A stretch of 64,000 bases of DNA from contig NC_087437.1 in assembly GCF_036321535.1 (NCBI RefSeq), forward strand, positions 111,044,001 to 111,108,000. Reading direction: 5' to 3'. Both the position numbers and the translations under genes were made by a program. This DNA comes from Camelus dromedarius. Lineage: Eukaryota. The notes under the pieces were generated by a model. The model was not told the DNA's origin, did not search any database, and saw nothing but the letters and a program-made list of their open reading frames with translations. Positions 1 through 12,314 of this stretch are shown piece after piece (within the stretch, counting starts at the first letter, position 1; the number at the start of each line of letters is the position of its first letter).

Positions 1-955
1 TCATATTTTATGGCAAGATAAGAAAAATTTAAACTTAAAAAATTCTTCTCTGCCCTTTTGAGACAGGAGGGAAGCAGGCAGGGCACAACTATTAAAAGAA
101 TGACACAGCAGTGAGGACAGATTAACTGGTTAGAACCAAGATGGCAGAAGATCCGACTTCCAGTAGACCTCCAGCCTCTTGGCATACCCACAGGCGCCAG
201 GACAGTTCCCAGGCTGGCCATAAAAGGACAAAAAGCGGGTGGGGGTCCCATTCCTGGAAATCCCTACCCCTTCCCCAACATAGTTGGAACAACCCTCCCA
301 CTGGTAAGCATATGAAATTGCCCAGTCCACAAAAACTAACCACCCCCACACCTCATGGCCGCTCTCCCTTCTGAGATGGACCACATTCTGTCTATGGAGT
401 GTGTGTCTCTCTAAATAAATCTACTTTCACTCAACTATGGTTCATTCTTGACTTCTTTCCTGTGTGAAGCTAAGGACTTGGTGGGGCGCGCTCCAGGGAC
501 TCGCCTGAGACCTGGGACATGACCATCTTCTCGTGCCCCATGTTTCTTGCTACAGTTTGGCCTCCTCCCCTGCCTGACTGTGCACTGTGTATCTGCATTA
601 TGCCTCAACCAGACCTCCCTCATCAGCAGAATACCTGCTCAACCATAAAAAGCAACATTCTTTTAGCATCAAGACAACTCCTTAGAAGATAACATTCCTT
701 CTTGAGCTTGTAAGGGGTCACATGACCCACCAGGATGAAGCTTAGATCTGGATTATGTAAACTTTCAATATTATGTCATTTGATGTACAGCCCTCTGTAC
801 ATCGAAAACCTTATATAACTGTGCCTTGCTTCTAACTAGTGGAACACTTCTCAAGAGTTTTCTGTGATGCTCTTCCTGGGTTATAATCCTCAAATTTGGC
901 TCAAATAAAATTTTCCATTTCTTTGTTAGATCGACTGATTAATTTTTCATTGACA
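1..955 (+). mobile_element. ERV-class LTR (5' part outside the window), interrupted by a younger LTR at 59-554
   Basis: TATA-like TTATATAA near 811, AATAAA near 904, ends TTGACA at 955; the sequence either side of 59-554 reads continuously once the insert is removed. Confidence 0.6.
59..554 (+). mobile_element. MER41-like solo LTR
   Basis: TG...CA termini, near-TSD CTTT/GTTT, AATAAA near 414; CACAGGCGCCAGGACAGTT resembles the MER41 consensus as I recall it; strongly similar to the copy at 9790-10102. Confidence 0.65.
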
Positions 956-2011
956 GTAAGAATGATCTCTTTAAGAAAGTGACACTGAAATAAAGGTTTG
1001 AAAGACAAGGAGCCGGCAATGCTAAGAGATTCTGTGGGCAAAGAAGAGGGAAAAAGAACCTTGACTTGACTATGGAAGCCCTGATTTGCCCCCAAAATGT
1101 GGCATTAACTAAGAAGAACTGAACTGGCTGAGATGTAGCTTCTGTACCTCATGGAATGAGTGTTTGAAGCAGAAATTTAGTTGCAGGTATAGGAAAATTA
1201 AGAAAGCTACAATTATCACCATGTGCAGCAAAGGCTGGGAAAAGAGCCAGGCTTGGGCTGTTCCAAGAAAACCCACCAAAATGATTCCAGGGGCTTCATC
1301 CAAGACTTGCCCCTGTGGTGACCTGCATCATTTTCAGCACAGTGGAGTGGTGACAAGTGGGGACTCTGGTATAAGAGGGACAGAACTTTGAGTTCCAGGT
1401 GTATGACTTCAGGCCAATAATGTGTTGGAGCCTCGGTTTCCTCATCTGTAAAAGGGGTCCACTGAACCTTCCCATTCAGGTCAGATGTGATGACTCACTG
1501 AGAGTTTTGTCACAGAGTCAGGCACAAAGGACCCCAAAGGATGGTGCACAGCCACCCATCAAAGGTTCTTGATGGCCCAAGGGATAGCTCAGTGGGATAA
1601 GCAAGGTTCCCTTTGGTGGTCCCAGGTCTCAGAAAGGAGGAAGGCACACTTTCACTATGTGAAGGGCTCTTTTCCAACAAATTCATTTTAGCAAAAGAAA
1701 AATGTCCCTTTCTCATCTGCTGTTGCATAAGTGCTTATATAACTGCTTGAAGGGGAGCGTAACTCTATTAAAGCCTGAGATTTAACAGAATTATCCATAA
1801 CTGTTTTAAAATACACCATTTTCCCACACCAACATGGAAAGAGCCAGCCTAACAGTCACTACCATCTCTGAGGTCCTGATTTCCAGTGGTGGTCAACATA
1901 AACTGGGAAAAAAAAAAAAAAAAAAAAGCAAGAGTAAGGCCATCTTGCTTTGGAAGGCAGGAGATCAGAATTCTAGTCCTAGTTGGGTGAACTTGGGCAA
2001 GTCACTTAACT

Positions 2012-2177
2012 CTTGCTACTCAAAGTGTGATCCACACACTAGCAGTCTGGGCATCACCTGGGAGCTTGTTGGAAATGCAGAGTCTCAGGGTACACCCCAG
2101 ATTTACTGAATCAGAGCCTGCACTGTTAACCAGATTTCCAGGGGATTTTATGCACATTAATGTTGGAGAAGCACTGA
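2012..2177. mobile_element. MER5A-like hAT DNA transposon fossil
   Basis: CTACTCAAAGTGTG...GGCATCACCTGGGAGCTTGTTGGAAATGCAG...GAGAAGCACTG, recognised from memory of the consensus. Confidence 0.7.
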
Positions 2178-2929
2178 TTTAATATTCTGAGCCTTTCTCT
2201 CCTAAATGAGAAGCCAAAGTGGCTTTTATGTAATTTGAACACAGGTATAGCTAGCTTTTTAAAAAATAAAAAATACATAAAGAAAAAAAAAAACTAAAGA
2301 GAACAGAGAGTAAAAATAAAAAGCAAAGTCCTCTTCCATCCCAGAACTCTTCATCCCACAGTATCCCACAACTCTTGCCCTCCACTACCCACTGCCTGAC
2401 CATCCTCAAGCTCGGCCCGGCATTTAGTCTTTCTCTCTTCCTGGTAGTCCACCCACACTCTAGGAAGGCTTCTTTTGAAGCCCTGTCACTTGCCTTCGGT
2501 TTAGGGTGTAAGAGTGAAAATCACCCCTTCTCCCCAAGCCAACCATCCTCTTCAAAGTAATCTCACTCTCACGTGGCTGACTTATCCGTCACACAAGGGG
2601 GATGGTTCCAGGTCAAAAGATTGGTCCAGCCACCTCTTAGCAAGTTATGAGGGCATGTCCTTACATCCCTCTGGAATGTCAGGGACTTGTCACCTGTCAT
2701 TTATATTCTTGGTTCGGGGCTTCAGCTGACATTCTCAGACGGGGTGATTTCTATGTAAAATGTTTCTAGCACCAATTCCAACATGTACGTGTGGAAGAAA
2801 CGAAATACTTGATGGTCAATGATCACGAGCGCATAGTCCCCAGACATTCTGGCGCCTAAGGATTGATCACCATCAACCAGAGAACTGTGCAAAGCTGATC
2901 ACATACCCTGGGGCGCCCCACCTCCACAG

Positions 2930-3700
2930 TGGGGAGGGGAGGGGCTCCCCGTATCCTCCAACAAATCTCCAGACACCAGCTCAGTGTCCTATAATTCAAC
3001 TCAATTTGGACATCATCTACTCAGAGATAGCATCAGAACCCCCAGGTTAAGGGCTCAGTCTCAGAAGACTGCCCCCCTCCCCAACTTCAGAAGGTAGTCA
3101 CCAGGCCAGTTTATCACCTATGCTTCTGACTGACCAGCTATAGATTGGAGGTTCTAACGACCCCTTCCTTGGTTTCAATTAATTGACTGAAGTGGCTCGC
3201 AGCACTCAGAGAAACATTTTATTTACTAGATTACTGGTTTATTATAAAAGGACATGGCTCAAGAACAGCCAGGTGGAGGAGATGTAAGGAAAGGTACGGG
3301 GGGAGGGGGGCAGAGCTTCCACGCCCTCCCTAGGCGCTCCACTCTCCCCACATCACCATGTGTTCACCAGCTCAGAAGTTCTCCAAACCTTATCCCCTTG
3401 GGGGTTGATGGAGTCCTCATTACATAGACATGATTGATTCAATCACTGGCCATTGGTGACTGACAAAATCTGCAGCTCCCTTCCCTCCCAGGAGGTCAGG
3501 GAATGGGAGAGAAAACTCCAACCCTCTAATCACATGGTTGGTTCTCCAGGCAACCAGTCCCCATTCTTAGATGGATCCAAAAGTCACTTCATTAACATAA
3601 CAAAAGACACCCGTCTCCTCTCATCACTTAGGAAACTGCAAGGGTTTAGGGTGCTCAGTGCCAGAAATGGACAAAGACCAAATATATATTTAATTACATT
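2930..3700. mobile_element. MER21-like LTR
   Basis: CAGACACCAGCT...CCTATAATTCAACTCAATT...GGTTAAGGGCTCAGTC motifs typical of MER21-group LTRs; boundaries approximate. Confidence 0.6.
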
Positions 3701-3977
3701 ATCATACTCTGACGCGTATATCCTTTCTTTAGGAAAATGCAGAATCGAGGAACATGAAAGCAGCCTGCATTTTGTTTTGATACCAATTGATTTACTCGTC
3801 AAATACTTATTAACGGTTTACTCTGTGCCTGGCGCTATGCTGGCTGGGGAGGTTTAATGATGAACAGGACAGGCAAGATCGAAGTTGAAGAAAGGCACCA
3901 CTCTGAGACAGCTTTCAGTTATTTTTAACTCTAGAGGAAAAAAAACTCTCTGAGGACTGAAAACTTTAGCTCAGTCG

Positions 3978-4366
3978 TGTCAAAAGATAAACTGAGGTAT
4001 ATTAAAAGTTTTAAGAATTTTTGAGCACAAACTGATTTGAATCAGGCAGCATCCAATCTAGGAGATGGAAATGAGCTCTGAGGAGCTGCACAAAATGAAA
4101 GACTTGAAGGGCAGAAGGGAGTGGAGAGAAGGAAGTTACACTAAGCTAAAAAAGTGGGTTGGTTAAAGTGGGTTACTTTCCTTTAGGGGAAAAGGTTCTG
4201 TCTGGCAGATGACCTCACTAGTGCTAGGAATCAGGCAATTTCTGATTGACTGGTTAAAGATTCCATTTCTGGGAAAGCCGACACTGCCATTAAGTTTACT
4301 TGGTGTGGTGACATGGGGCTTAGCATAAGTGACTCCATTTGGGGCCAGTTGTCTTGTTTTTAACCA
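3978..4366. mobile_element. ERV1-type LTR
   Basis: About 390 bp with TGT...CA ends and LTR-like composition; family not determined. Confidence 0.45.
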
Positions 4367-4938
4367 TCTCAACCAGAGGTGAATCTTATATCTTGTAAAA
4401 TTTGACTTAGGCGTATTTTTAATAGCTAAGCATTTGTAAAATGTAGAATAAAATATTTTTGGAAAAGGTAGCACAGGACATGAGCATGGTAAAGTCAAAT
4501 GGCCCAAAAGGCTATACAGGTAAGTCAGGCCCTCCCTCCCTCCCAACCCCACCTCTGGTTCCCTCCCCCACAGCTGGTAGGGGAAGTTTAGGCTTAGGGC
4601 CTAGGGAGGCCTCCTAGCCAGCCCTCCCTCCTCCTCAGGCCTATTCTAGACCCTTGGACCAGGGGCTCTGACTTGCTGGACTGAGGGGTGGGGGTGGGAC
4701 AAGTCCCCAATCCCCAAGAAACGCCTTGGGTTCACATATCCAACCAGCTGTTGGGAGTAGGGACGAAAGTCGTTCATTCTCAAATGCTTACGGCTGCTGG
4801 ACACTGATCTAGACATCTGGGACACATCAGTGGGTTAAACAGACAAAAGTCTCTGTCCTCGAGAGAGTGCACATACCAACGTGCGGAGCAAGGTGAAAAA
4901 TAAATATGGTAAGTAAATTATAAGAATGAGCAACTTGA

Positions 4939-5390
4939 CTGGTATATATAAAATAAATAAACAAGTTTATACTGTATGGCACAGGGAACTATATTCAATA
5001 TCCTGTAGTAGCTTATGCTGAAAAAATATGAAAAGGAATATATGTATATTCATGCATGACTGAAGCATTGTGCTGTACACCAGAAATTGACACAACACTG
5101 TAAATTAACTATGCTTCAATTTTTAAAAATACAAAAAAAAAAAGGATGAGTAACTCTTAAGGGATAAATTGGGAGTTTGAGATTTGCAGACATACACTAC
5201 TATATATAAAACAGATAAACAAGTTTCTTCTGTATAGCACAGGGAACTATATTTAGTATCTTGTCATAACCTACAAAGAAAAAGAATATGAAAATGAATA
5301 TATGTATGTACATGTATGACTGAGACATTATGCTGTACACCAGAAATTGACACAACATTGTAAACTGACTATGCTTCAATTAAAAAAAAA
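4939..5390 (+). mobile_element. Two adjacent 5'-truncated L1 3' ends
   Basis: Two similar copies (about 4939-5142 and 5161-5390) of CACAGGGAACTATATT...GCTGTACACCAGAAATTGACACAACA with A-rich tails. Confidence 0.75.
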
Positions 5391-5919
5391 CACAACTTTT
5401 TTTTTTCTTGGAGGTGAAGAGCTGGGAAGGGGTGGGTGGATAAGTGCCCAGTGTAAGAACCAAGGCAAAAACATACCCTACCTCCCTATTCTTAACTACA
5501 ATCTAAACAGCCTCATGTTGGGGTGCGAAAATCCCTCCTTCCTTAAATGACCTACAAGGCAAGGGCTTTGTGTCCACCACTGAGGCCTCTTCCATGGGCA
5601 AAGGATTCCCAAAGGCTGTTACACTATGCCTTTCTTCAACAAAGACAGGTTTCCCGACACAGGAATCCCGATGAACTACCTAATTTTCATACTTAAGCAG
5701 TGCTCCACACTGCCAGTTCTAAACAAGGAGCCATTTCTGATTTCTAGGATGACATCTTACAGCCCGCGGGTTGGAGGTGGAGCCTGGGGATAAAGGAACG
5801 TGAGCAGAAACCAGTGACAGGGCCCACTGTCCTGGGGCTGCCCCATGTGTTAGGAGTTACCTGCTGCGAAACAAGGCATAAGCAGCCCCTCTTCATCCTC
5901 CCTTCCTTCCTTCTTTCCT

Positions 5920-6500
5920 TTATTTTAATTGTGGTAAAATATATCTAACATAAATGTTACATTTTAAAATTTTTTAATTTTTAATTTTGGTAAAGTACAC
6001 ATAGAATTTATCATCTTAACCATTTTTAAGTGTCCAGTTCAGTGGCATTTGGTACATTCACGTTATTGGGCAACCATCACCACCATCCACCTCCAGAACT
6101 CTTCCCACCTTGTAAAACTGACACTCTGTCCCCATTAAACAACAGCTTCCCTCTCCCTCCTCCTTCCAGTCCCTGGCAACCACCTTTCTACTTTCAGTGT
6201 CTATGGATCTGACTGCTCTAGGTACCAAAATAAGTGAAATCAAGCAGTATTTGTCCTTTTGTGTCTAACTCAAAAGTACAGCACGATGTCCTCAAGGTTC
6301 ACGTGTTGAAGCCCGGGTCAGAATTTCTTTCCTTTTCAAGGCTGAATAATATGCCATTTTATGGATAGACCACAATTCTTTTATCAGTTCATCTGTCTGT
6401 GGGTTGCGTCCACCTTTTGGCTGTTGTGAATAATGCTGCTATGAACACGGGTGTACAAATACCCGACCTGATCATGCCTTGCTTTCAGTTCTTTTTGGAG
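5920..6500 (-). mobile_element. Old L1 (L1MA/L1MB-like) 3' end
   Basis: TTCAGTGGCATTTGGTACATTCAC, TGTGAATAATGCTGCTATGAAC: typical antisense L1M 3' UTR. Confidence 0.7.
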
Positions 6501-7383
6501 TTGCCCTCCTCACTTTTCTTAATTACAAACTGAATGACTGTATGTTGGGAAGAGAAAGCCAGGATGGACATGCAGTCTGTTGGATGGTTACCACCAATTT
6601 GATAACCTAACTGAAGCCCCATCATTTAAAAAAAGAGAAAAAGGGATTTTACCTTCCCACAGATTTATATAAAGTCCCACTCACTGACATACTTTCAATC
6701 ATATCTCATTTCTGATAAAACTGCTCTCTCTGTACAGAAATTGCACCCACTGCAGATACCAGAGGCTTATTCAGTACTTTCCAAACTCACATCACAGCTG
6801 CCTCATAGAAATTCAACAGTGAGAAGCTAACACTCCTCTGCTATAGATATGTACTTTCACATAGTCTCTGGTCTTAGGTTTACGTAAAAGATCAAGTTCC
6901 ATTCAAGTGAAAGATCAAAGGAAAAACAGTGACCTAAAAAAAATAAGGACTTAAAGCGTCTTAAATGGATCAAATTTAAAAATAGACCAGGAGCTCAGGA
7001 GGGACTAGGAGACAACCAACAATTCACATACTTACAAATTCAATAAAGACACGAAAGTGTGCTCATCTGATGAGTAATCGAAGAAGTGGAAATGAAAAAT
7101 GAGGTTTATTTTTCACCTCTCAGACTGGCAGATAGACAGACTGGTATTATGGGGGTTTGGTGAAGCTGTAGGGAGATAAACATTGAGGATGGGAATGGAA
7201 ATAAGTGCAGCCTTTTGAAGCACAATTTGGCAGAAACCCATGACTCAACATGTACACTTTTAGGAATTTGTATTTCAGAGGCATTTCACAAGTCCATGGG
7301 AGTATATGCACAGGTCTGTAAGAAACCATGAAGCATCTGTTCTAATAGCAAATAACTGAAAACAGCCACATGTCCGTCCATAG

Positions 7384-7833
7384 TGTAATGGGTTGAATTA
7401 TGTCCCCCAAAAGATAAGGTCAAGTCCTAACCATTAGCACCTATGAACATGACCTTATTTGGAAATAGGATCTTTGTAGATATTATTAGTTAAGATGAGG
7501 TCATACTGGATTTGGGTGGACCCTAAATGCAATGACTCGTGTCCTTAGAAGAAGAGGAGAGGGCACACAGACATGCACACAGGAAAGAAGGCCATGCCAC
7601 CATGGAGGCAGAGATTGGAGTGATGGGGCCACAAGCCAAGGTATGCCTGTAGCTACCAGAAGCTACAAGAGGCAAGGAAGAATACTTCCTTAGAGCCTTC
7701 AGAGGGATCAACACTCTGTTGACACCTTGATTTTGGACCTCTGCCCTCCAGAACTGTGGGAGAATACATTTCTGTTATTTTAACCTATGCAGTTAATTAT
7801 CATTTGTCATGGCAGCTCTAGGAAAGTAATACA
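7384..7833 (+). mobile_element. MLT1 (MaLR) LTR
   Basis: TGTAATGGGTTGAATTATGTCCCCCAAAAG start, GACCTTATTTGGAAATAGG, ends GGAAAGTAATACA. Confidence 0.8.
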
Positions 7834-8123
7834 GTGGAGGTTGATTCAATAAATAATGGTACATACACATGACTAGGGATGAGTCAAGACCCTCAATCTA
7901 TTTCTTACTATGTTTTGGTTTTTGAACTACACAGATATAATTCCTTTTATAAAAATAAAATAAAATTTAAACCACAAATGAAAATATCATTTTATTTCTT
8001 TCCCTATAATTTAGTTGTTTGGGTTTCACATATTGCACTTTAAAACCAAAATAATAGAGGGCAATTATGTTGATTTTTTTATCACAAAATTTTGAATTGG
8101 AAAGATCTCAGAGACTGCCTAAT

Positions 8124-8638
8124 ATCATAGGCAGAATAATGTCTCCCAAACATGTCCACATCCTAATTCCCAGAACCTGTATCGATGTTAGGTTACGTGG
8201 CAAAGAAGAATTAAGGTCACAGATGGAATTTAGGTTGTTAATCAGCTGTCCTTAAAATAAAAAGATGATTCTGGATGGGCTGGATCAATGTAATTACAAA
8301 GATCCTTAAAAGAGGGAGAGGGAGGCAGAAAAGTCAGGGTCAAAGGGATGCAATGGGAGAAAAGACTCAACTGGCCATCGCTGGCTTTGGCTTTGAAAAT
8401 GGAGGAAGTAGTCTTCAGCCAAGGAATGCAGGCAGCCTCTAGGTACTGGAGAAGGCAAAGAAATGGATTCATCTCAAGAGACTCCAAAAAGGAACATGGA
8501 TCTGCCTATACCATGATTTTAGCTCAGTGAGACCCCCATCAGACTCTTGATCTCCAGAAATGTAAGAGAATATATCTGTGTTGTTTTAAACCACCAAGTT
8601 TGTGGTAATACATTACAATAGTAATAGGAACTTATACA
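8124..8638 (+). mobile_element. MLT1D-like MaLR LTR
   Basis: GGCAGAATAATGTCTCCCAAACATGTCCACATCCTAATTCCCAGAACCTGT start, AACCACCAAGTTTGTGGTAAT near the end. Confidence 0.75.
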
Positions 8639-9789
8639 TCTTGTCAACCGCTCATTTTGCAGGATAAGGAACTGAGATCCAAGAACACCAGATAGAAGAA
8701 TCAACACTCCACACAAGAGCTCCTGGTTAATAACGGTGTTTTCACTATTAATGTGCACACGAATAATTAGAGGAGAAGCCTCCTTTCAATCTCAAACACA
8801 TTTTGTCATGATCAGACTTCCCTGAACATTTTAAAAAATGATTTGCTCTTTGAAAACTTCAGTTTATTTATATTTCTGGAACATTTCTCATCTTAAAAAC
8901 AAACAACAAAAAAACCCCACATTCTATATTCACTCTCAAACCAACTTATTAAGAACCACTTTTTCAGGATGGTTCACCATAGTTTGCTTGTTGTGAATTG
9001 TAATTCCTCTACTCTTCCCAAATAAACTCATTTTCCTGGTAAAATAACTGGCTCTTAATACAACAAAACAAAAGAAAACAACTTTTTCACCCAGCCAAAC
9101 TGGTTTGACTTGTCTTCCTTAGTAAAACTGGACTAAATTTCTCACTTCAAACCAATTCAGAGTTTTTAATCCCATGCAAATGAAGAGCTTCACAAGAAGA
9201 AAAACATTCCACGCCAATTCACAAACAACAAATGCATATGCAACAGGACTGCTATACATTTAAAGACCTGTTCATTGTCAAGTGTAATAAAAAGATCACT
9301 TCTAGAATCTATGTGATTCTGAACCTTGTTCTATAAGGCACTAAACGGTTAACTTGAAGCACATTTGTAAGAAAATTGTAAGGGGGAAAAATTCCTCATC
9401 AAGAGACATATGAAGGAAAATTATTGTTACTTTTAGAAACAGAAAACCAAACATACTCTGGAGACCTGAGGTAATTAGCTTGCATTTTGTTTGAATCAGA
9501 CACTTGGGAGTCTTATGATGTTTAGTTATGTTAATCGTGCTTAATATGCCAAATTAGAATAACAGGTCAGAAGAAGGATAAGGTGTCATTTTAGACTTTA
9601 AAACAGATTCCATGGTATGGTTCAAAGAGTGCTGGCCTGGAATCCAGAGTGTCTGAGTTCAATCTGGGGTTTTGCCGTTTCTAGAGTGTGATCACCTCCC
9701 TGAGTCTTAATTCTCATGGGGATCATGATACCTGCCTGGCCTCCCAACAGGTGCTTGTGAATACAAAAGTAGAACAGGGAGTGTGGAAA

Positions 9790-10102
9790 TGAGACATGAA
9801 GGAAGGGGGCAGGGCACAGCCATTCAAGGAATGACACAGCAATTAACACCAAAATGGTGGGAGATTCATCTCCCAGGAGGCCTTAAGAGCCAAGATAGTG
9901 GGAGATCTGACTTCCAGTAGACCTTGAGCTTCATTATACACTCACTGTAATGTATTAGCATGCTAAATGGCACTCCCACAGGCGCCATGACAGTTCCGAG
10001 GCTGACCGTAAAAGGTCAAAAAGTGGGTGGTGGCCCAATTCCTGGGAATCCCAGCCCTTTCCCCAAAGTAGTTGGAATAATCCTCCCACTTGTTAGCATA
10101 CA
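9790..10102 (+). mobile_element. MER41-like LTR, 3'-truncated
   Basis: Starts TGAGACA like the copy at 59; shares CACTCCCACAGGCGCCATGACAGTT...GTTGGAATAATCCTCCCACT. Confidence 0.65.
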
Positions 10103-10419
10103 AAGTTAATGGAAGTGACGACAGCCCTGCTTTTAAGTCCTTCAGACTGAAAGGAAGTGACATCAGATCACACTTGAGTGCACAGGAAGAAATAAAAAGC
10201 ACTGGTAATAGTAAATATGTGAGTTAATATAAAAGACTTTATAAATGTATTTTCCTGATTTCTTCTCCTGATTTCTTTAAAAGACATAAGATTGTGTAAA
10301 ACAATAATCATAACACTGTACTGTTGCATTTATACCACATACAAATGTAATACATGTAACTATAATAATACAAAGGTGAGGGGAGAGAATGGAGTTACAC
10401 TGGAGCAAAGTTTCTATAT

Positions 10420-10568
10420 ATATATATTTTTTTTTTTAATTTGGGGGAGGGAGTTAATTAGGCTTGTTTGTTTGTTTGTTTGTTTTTTAATGTAGGTACT
10501 GGAGAATTGAACCCAAGACGTCGTACATGATAGGCATGCACTCTGCCACTGAGCTATACCCTACCCCC
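10420..10568 (-). mobile_element. tRNA-derived SINE (camelid vic-1-like)
   Basis: Antisense A/B boxes (TAGCTCAGTGG, GGTTCAATTC); TSD AAGTTTCTRTAT on both sides. Confidence 0.75.
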
Positions 10569-10676
10569 AAGTTTCTGTATTTTATCAGAATTAAATTAGT
10601 ATTAATCTCAACTGGATTTTGATAAGTTGCAATCTACAGAGCAACCACTAATAAAATAAATTTTAAAATATTAAAG

Positions 10677-10932
10677 AACCTTCCTACACTGTTGGTGGGA
10701 ATGTAAATTGGTGCAGCCACTATGGAGAACAGTATGGAGTATTGCTCCTTAAAAAAAGTAGAAACAGACTTACCATATGATCCAGCAATCCCACTCCTGG
10801 GCATATGTCCAGAGAAAACTCTAATTCAAAAAGATATATGCACCCAACATTCATAGCAGCACTATTCACACAGCCAAGATCTGGAGACAACCTAAATGTC
10901 CATCAATAGATGACTTTATAAAGAAGTTGTAT

Positions 10933-10978
<46 letters not shown>

Positions 10979-11272
10979 GAATATTACTCAGCTATAAATA
11001 AGAATGAAATTGTGCCATTTGCAGCAATATGGATGGACCTAGAGATTATCATATTAAGTGAAGTAAGTCAGAGAAAGACAAATACTGTATGATATCACTT
11101 AACACATGGAATCTAAAAAAATGATACAAATGAATTTCTTTACAAAATAGAAACAGACTCACAAACATAGAAAACAAACTTAAGGTTATCAAAGGGAAGG
11201 GGGAAAAGAGAAATTAGGAGTTTAGGATTAACAAATATACACTGCCATATATAAAATATATCAACAACAAGG
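10677..11272 (+). mobile_element. Younger L1 3' fragment containing a (CA)n microsatellite at about 10937-10976
   Basis: CACTGTTGGTGGGAATGTAAATTGGTGCAGCCACTATGG and ATGGATGGACCTAGAGATTATCAT are typical L1 3' sequence. Confidence 0.75.
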
Positions 11273-11850
11273 ACATGATTTAACTATATGCTGTCGGCAG
11301 GAGAACACCTTAGATTCAGAGACATAAATAGGTTGAAAGTAAAAAGATGAGAAAAGATACGCCATGACAACAGTTACCGTAAGAGAGCTGGAGTAGCTAT
11401 ATGGCTGTCAGCTAAAATAAATGTTGAGATAAGAAATATTACTGGAAACAAAGAGGTGTGTTCCAAAATGATAAAAGGCCACTATATCAGGAATGTATAA
11501 CAATTATAAATGTATATGCCTCTACTACCAGAGCCTCAAAAACATGAAACAAAATAGACAGAATTAAAAAGAAATGTAGGCAATGCAGTAACAGATGTTG
11601 GAGATTTCACTATCCCACTCTCAGTGATTGATAGACAAACTAGACAGAAAATCAGCAAAGGTACAGAGGACTTAAAAAACACTATCCATCTATGCAGCCT
11701 AATAATATATGTAGAATGCTTCACCCAAACAACTGCAGAAGACTCATTCATCTCAAGAGCAAATGGAACATTCTCCAGAACAGGTCAAATGCTACGCCAT
11801 AAAGCAAGTCTTAATACATTTAAAAGGAATGAAATCAGACAAAGGACATT

Positions 11851-12314
11851 TGAAAGAGTAGAAAACTAACAAGATGGCTATTGAGTTATTCAGGCCCATA
11901 CTTTCAGCTAAACTGATCTTATGACCAACAGGCTCCCCTCCCTGCGCACTCTTTTCTTAGAATAACTTAATCCTTTTTACCCTAAAGGTCTTGAGAGAAG
12001 GTCATGGACGAACCTCAAGAAAATGGGCAGACTTTCCTAAGTTCCTCCATAACAACAGCAAGTTTTTGTCAAGATGAAGAGAATGCAACACCCTGTAAAA
12101 CACCCTGATTGTCACCTTTTCTTTTCCATCCAGTTTTTCTATAAAATCTCAAGACCCCAACCCCAGGATGGATTCACCGTCACTAAGGCATTAGTCTGCT
12201 GTGACTCGCCTTTGCCCAGCAAAGCAGTAAAGCTGCTCTTTTCCTTGCTTCCAAAACTCTGCCTCTGAGTTTGAATTCACTTTTCAGAGTAAGGAGGCTG
12301 ATTTTTCAGCAACA
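11851..12314 (+). mobile_element. Solo ERV LTR, 464 bp, inserted in L1
   Basis: TG...CA termini, perfect CATT TSD (11847-11850 and 12315-12318), TATAAAA near 12140, AGTAAA polyA-like signal. Confidence 0.75.

Noticed and set aside
3453..4552. 134-aa and 129-aa ORFs
   Set aside because: Lie largely within LTR remnants; no splice context or homology
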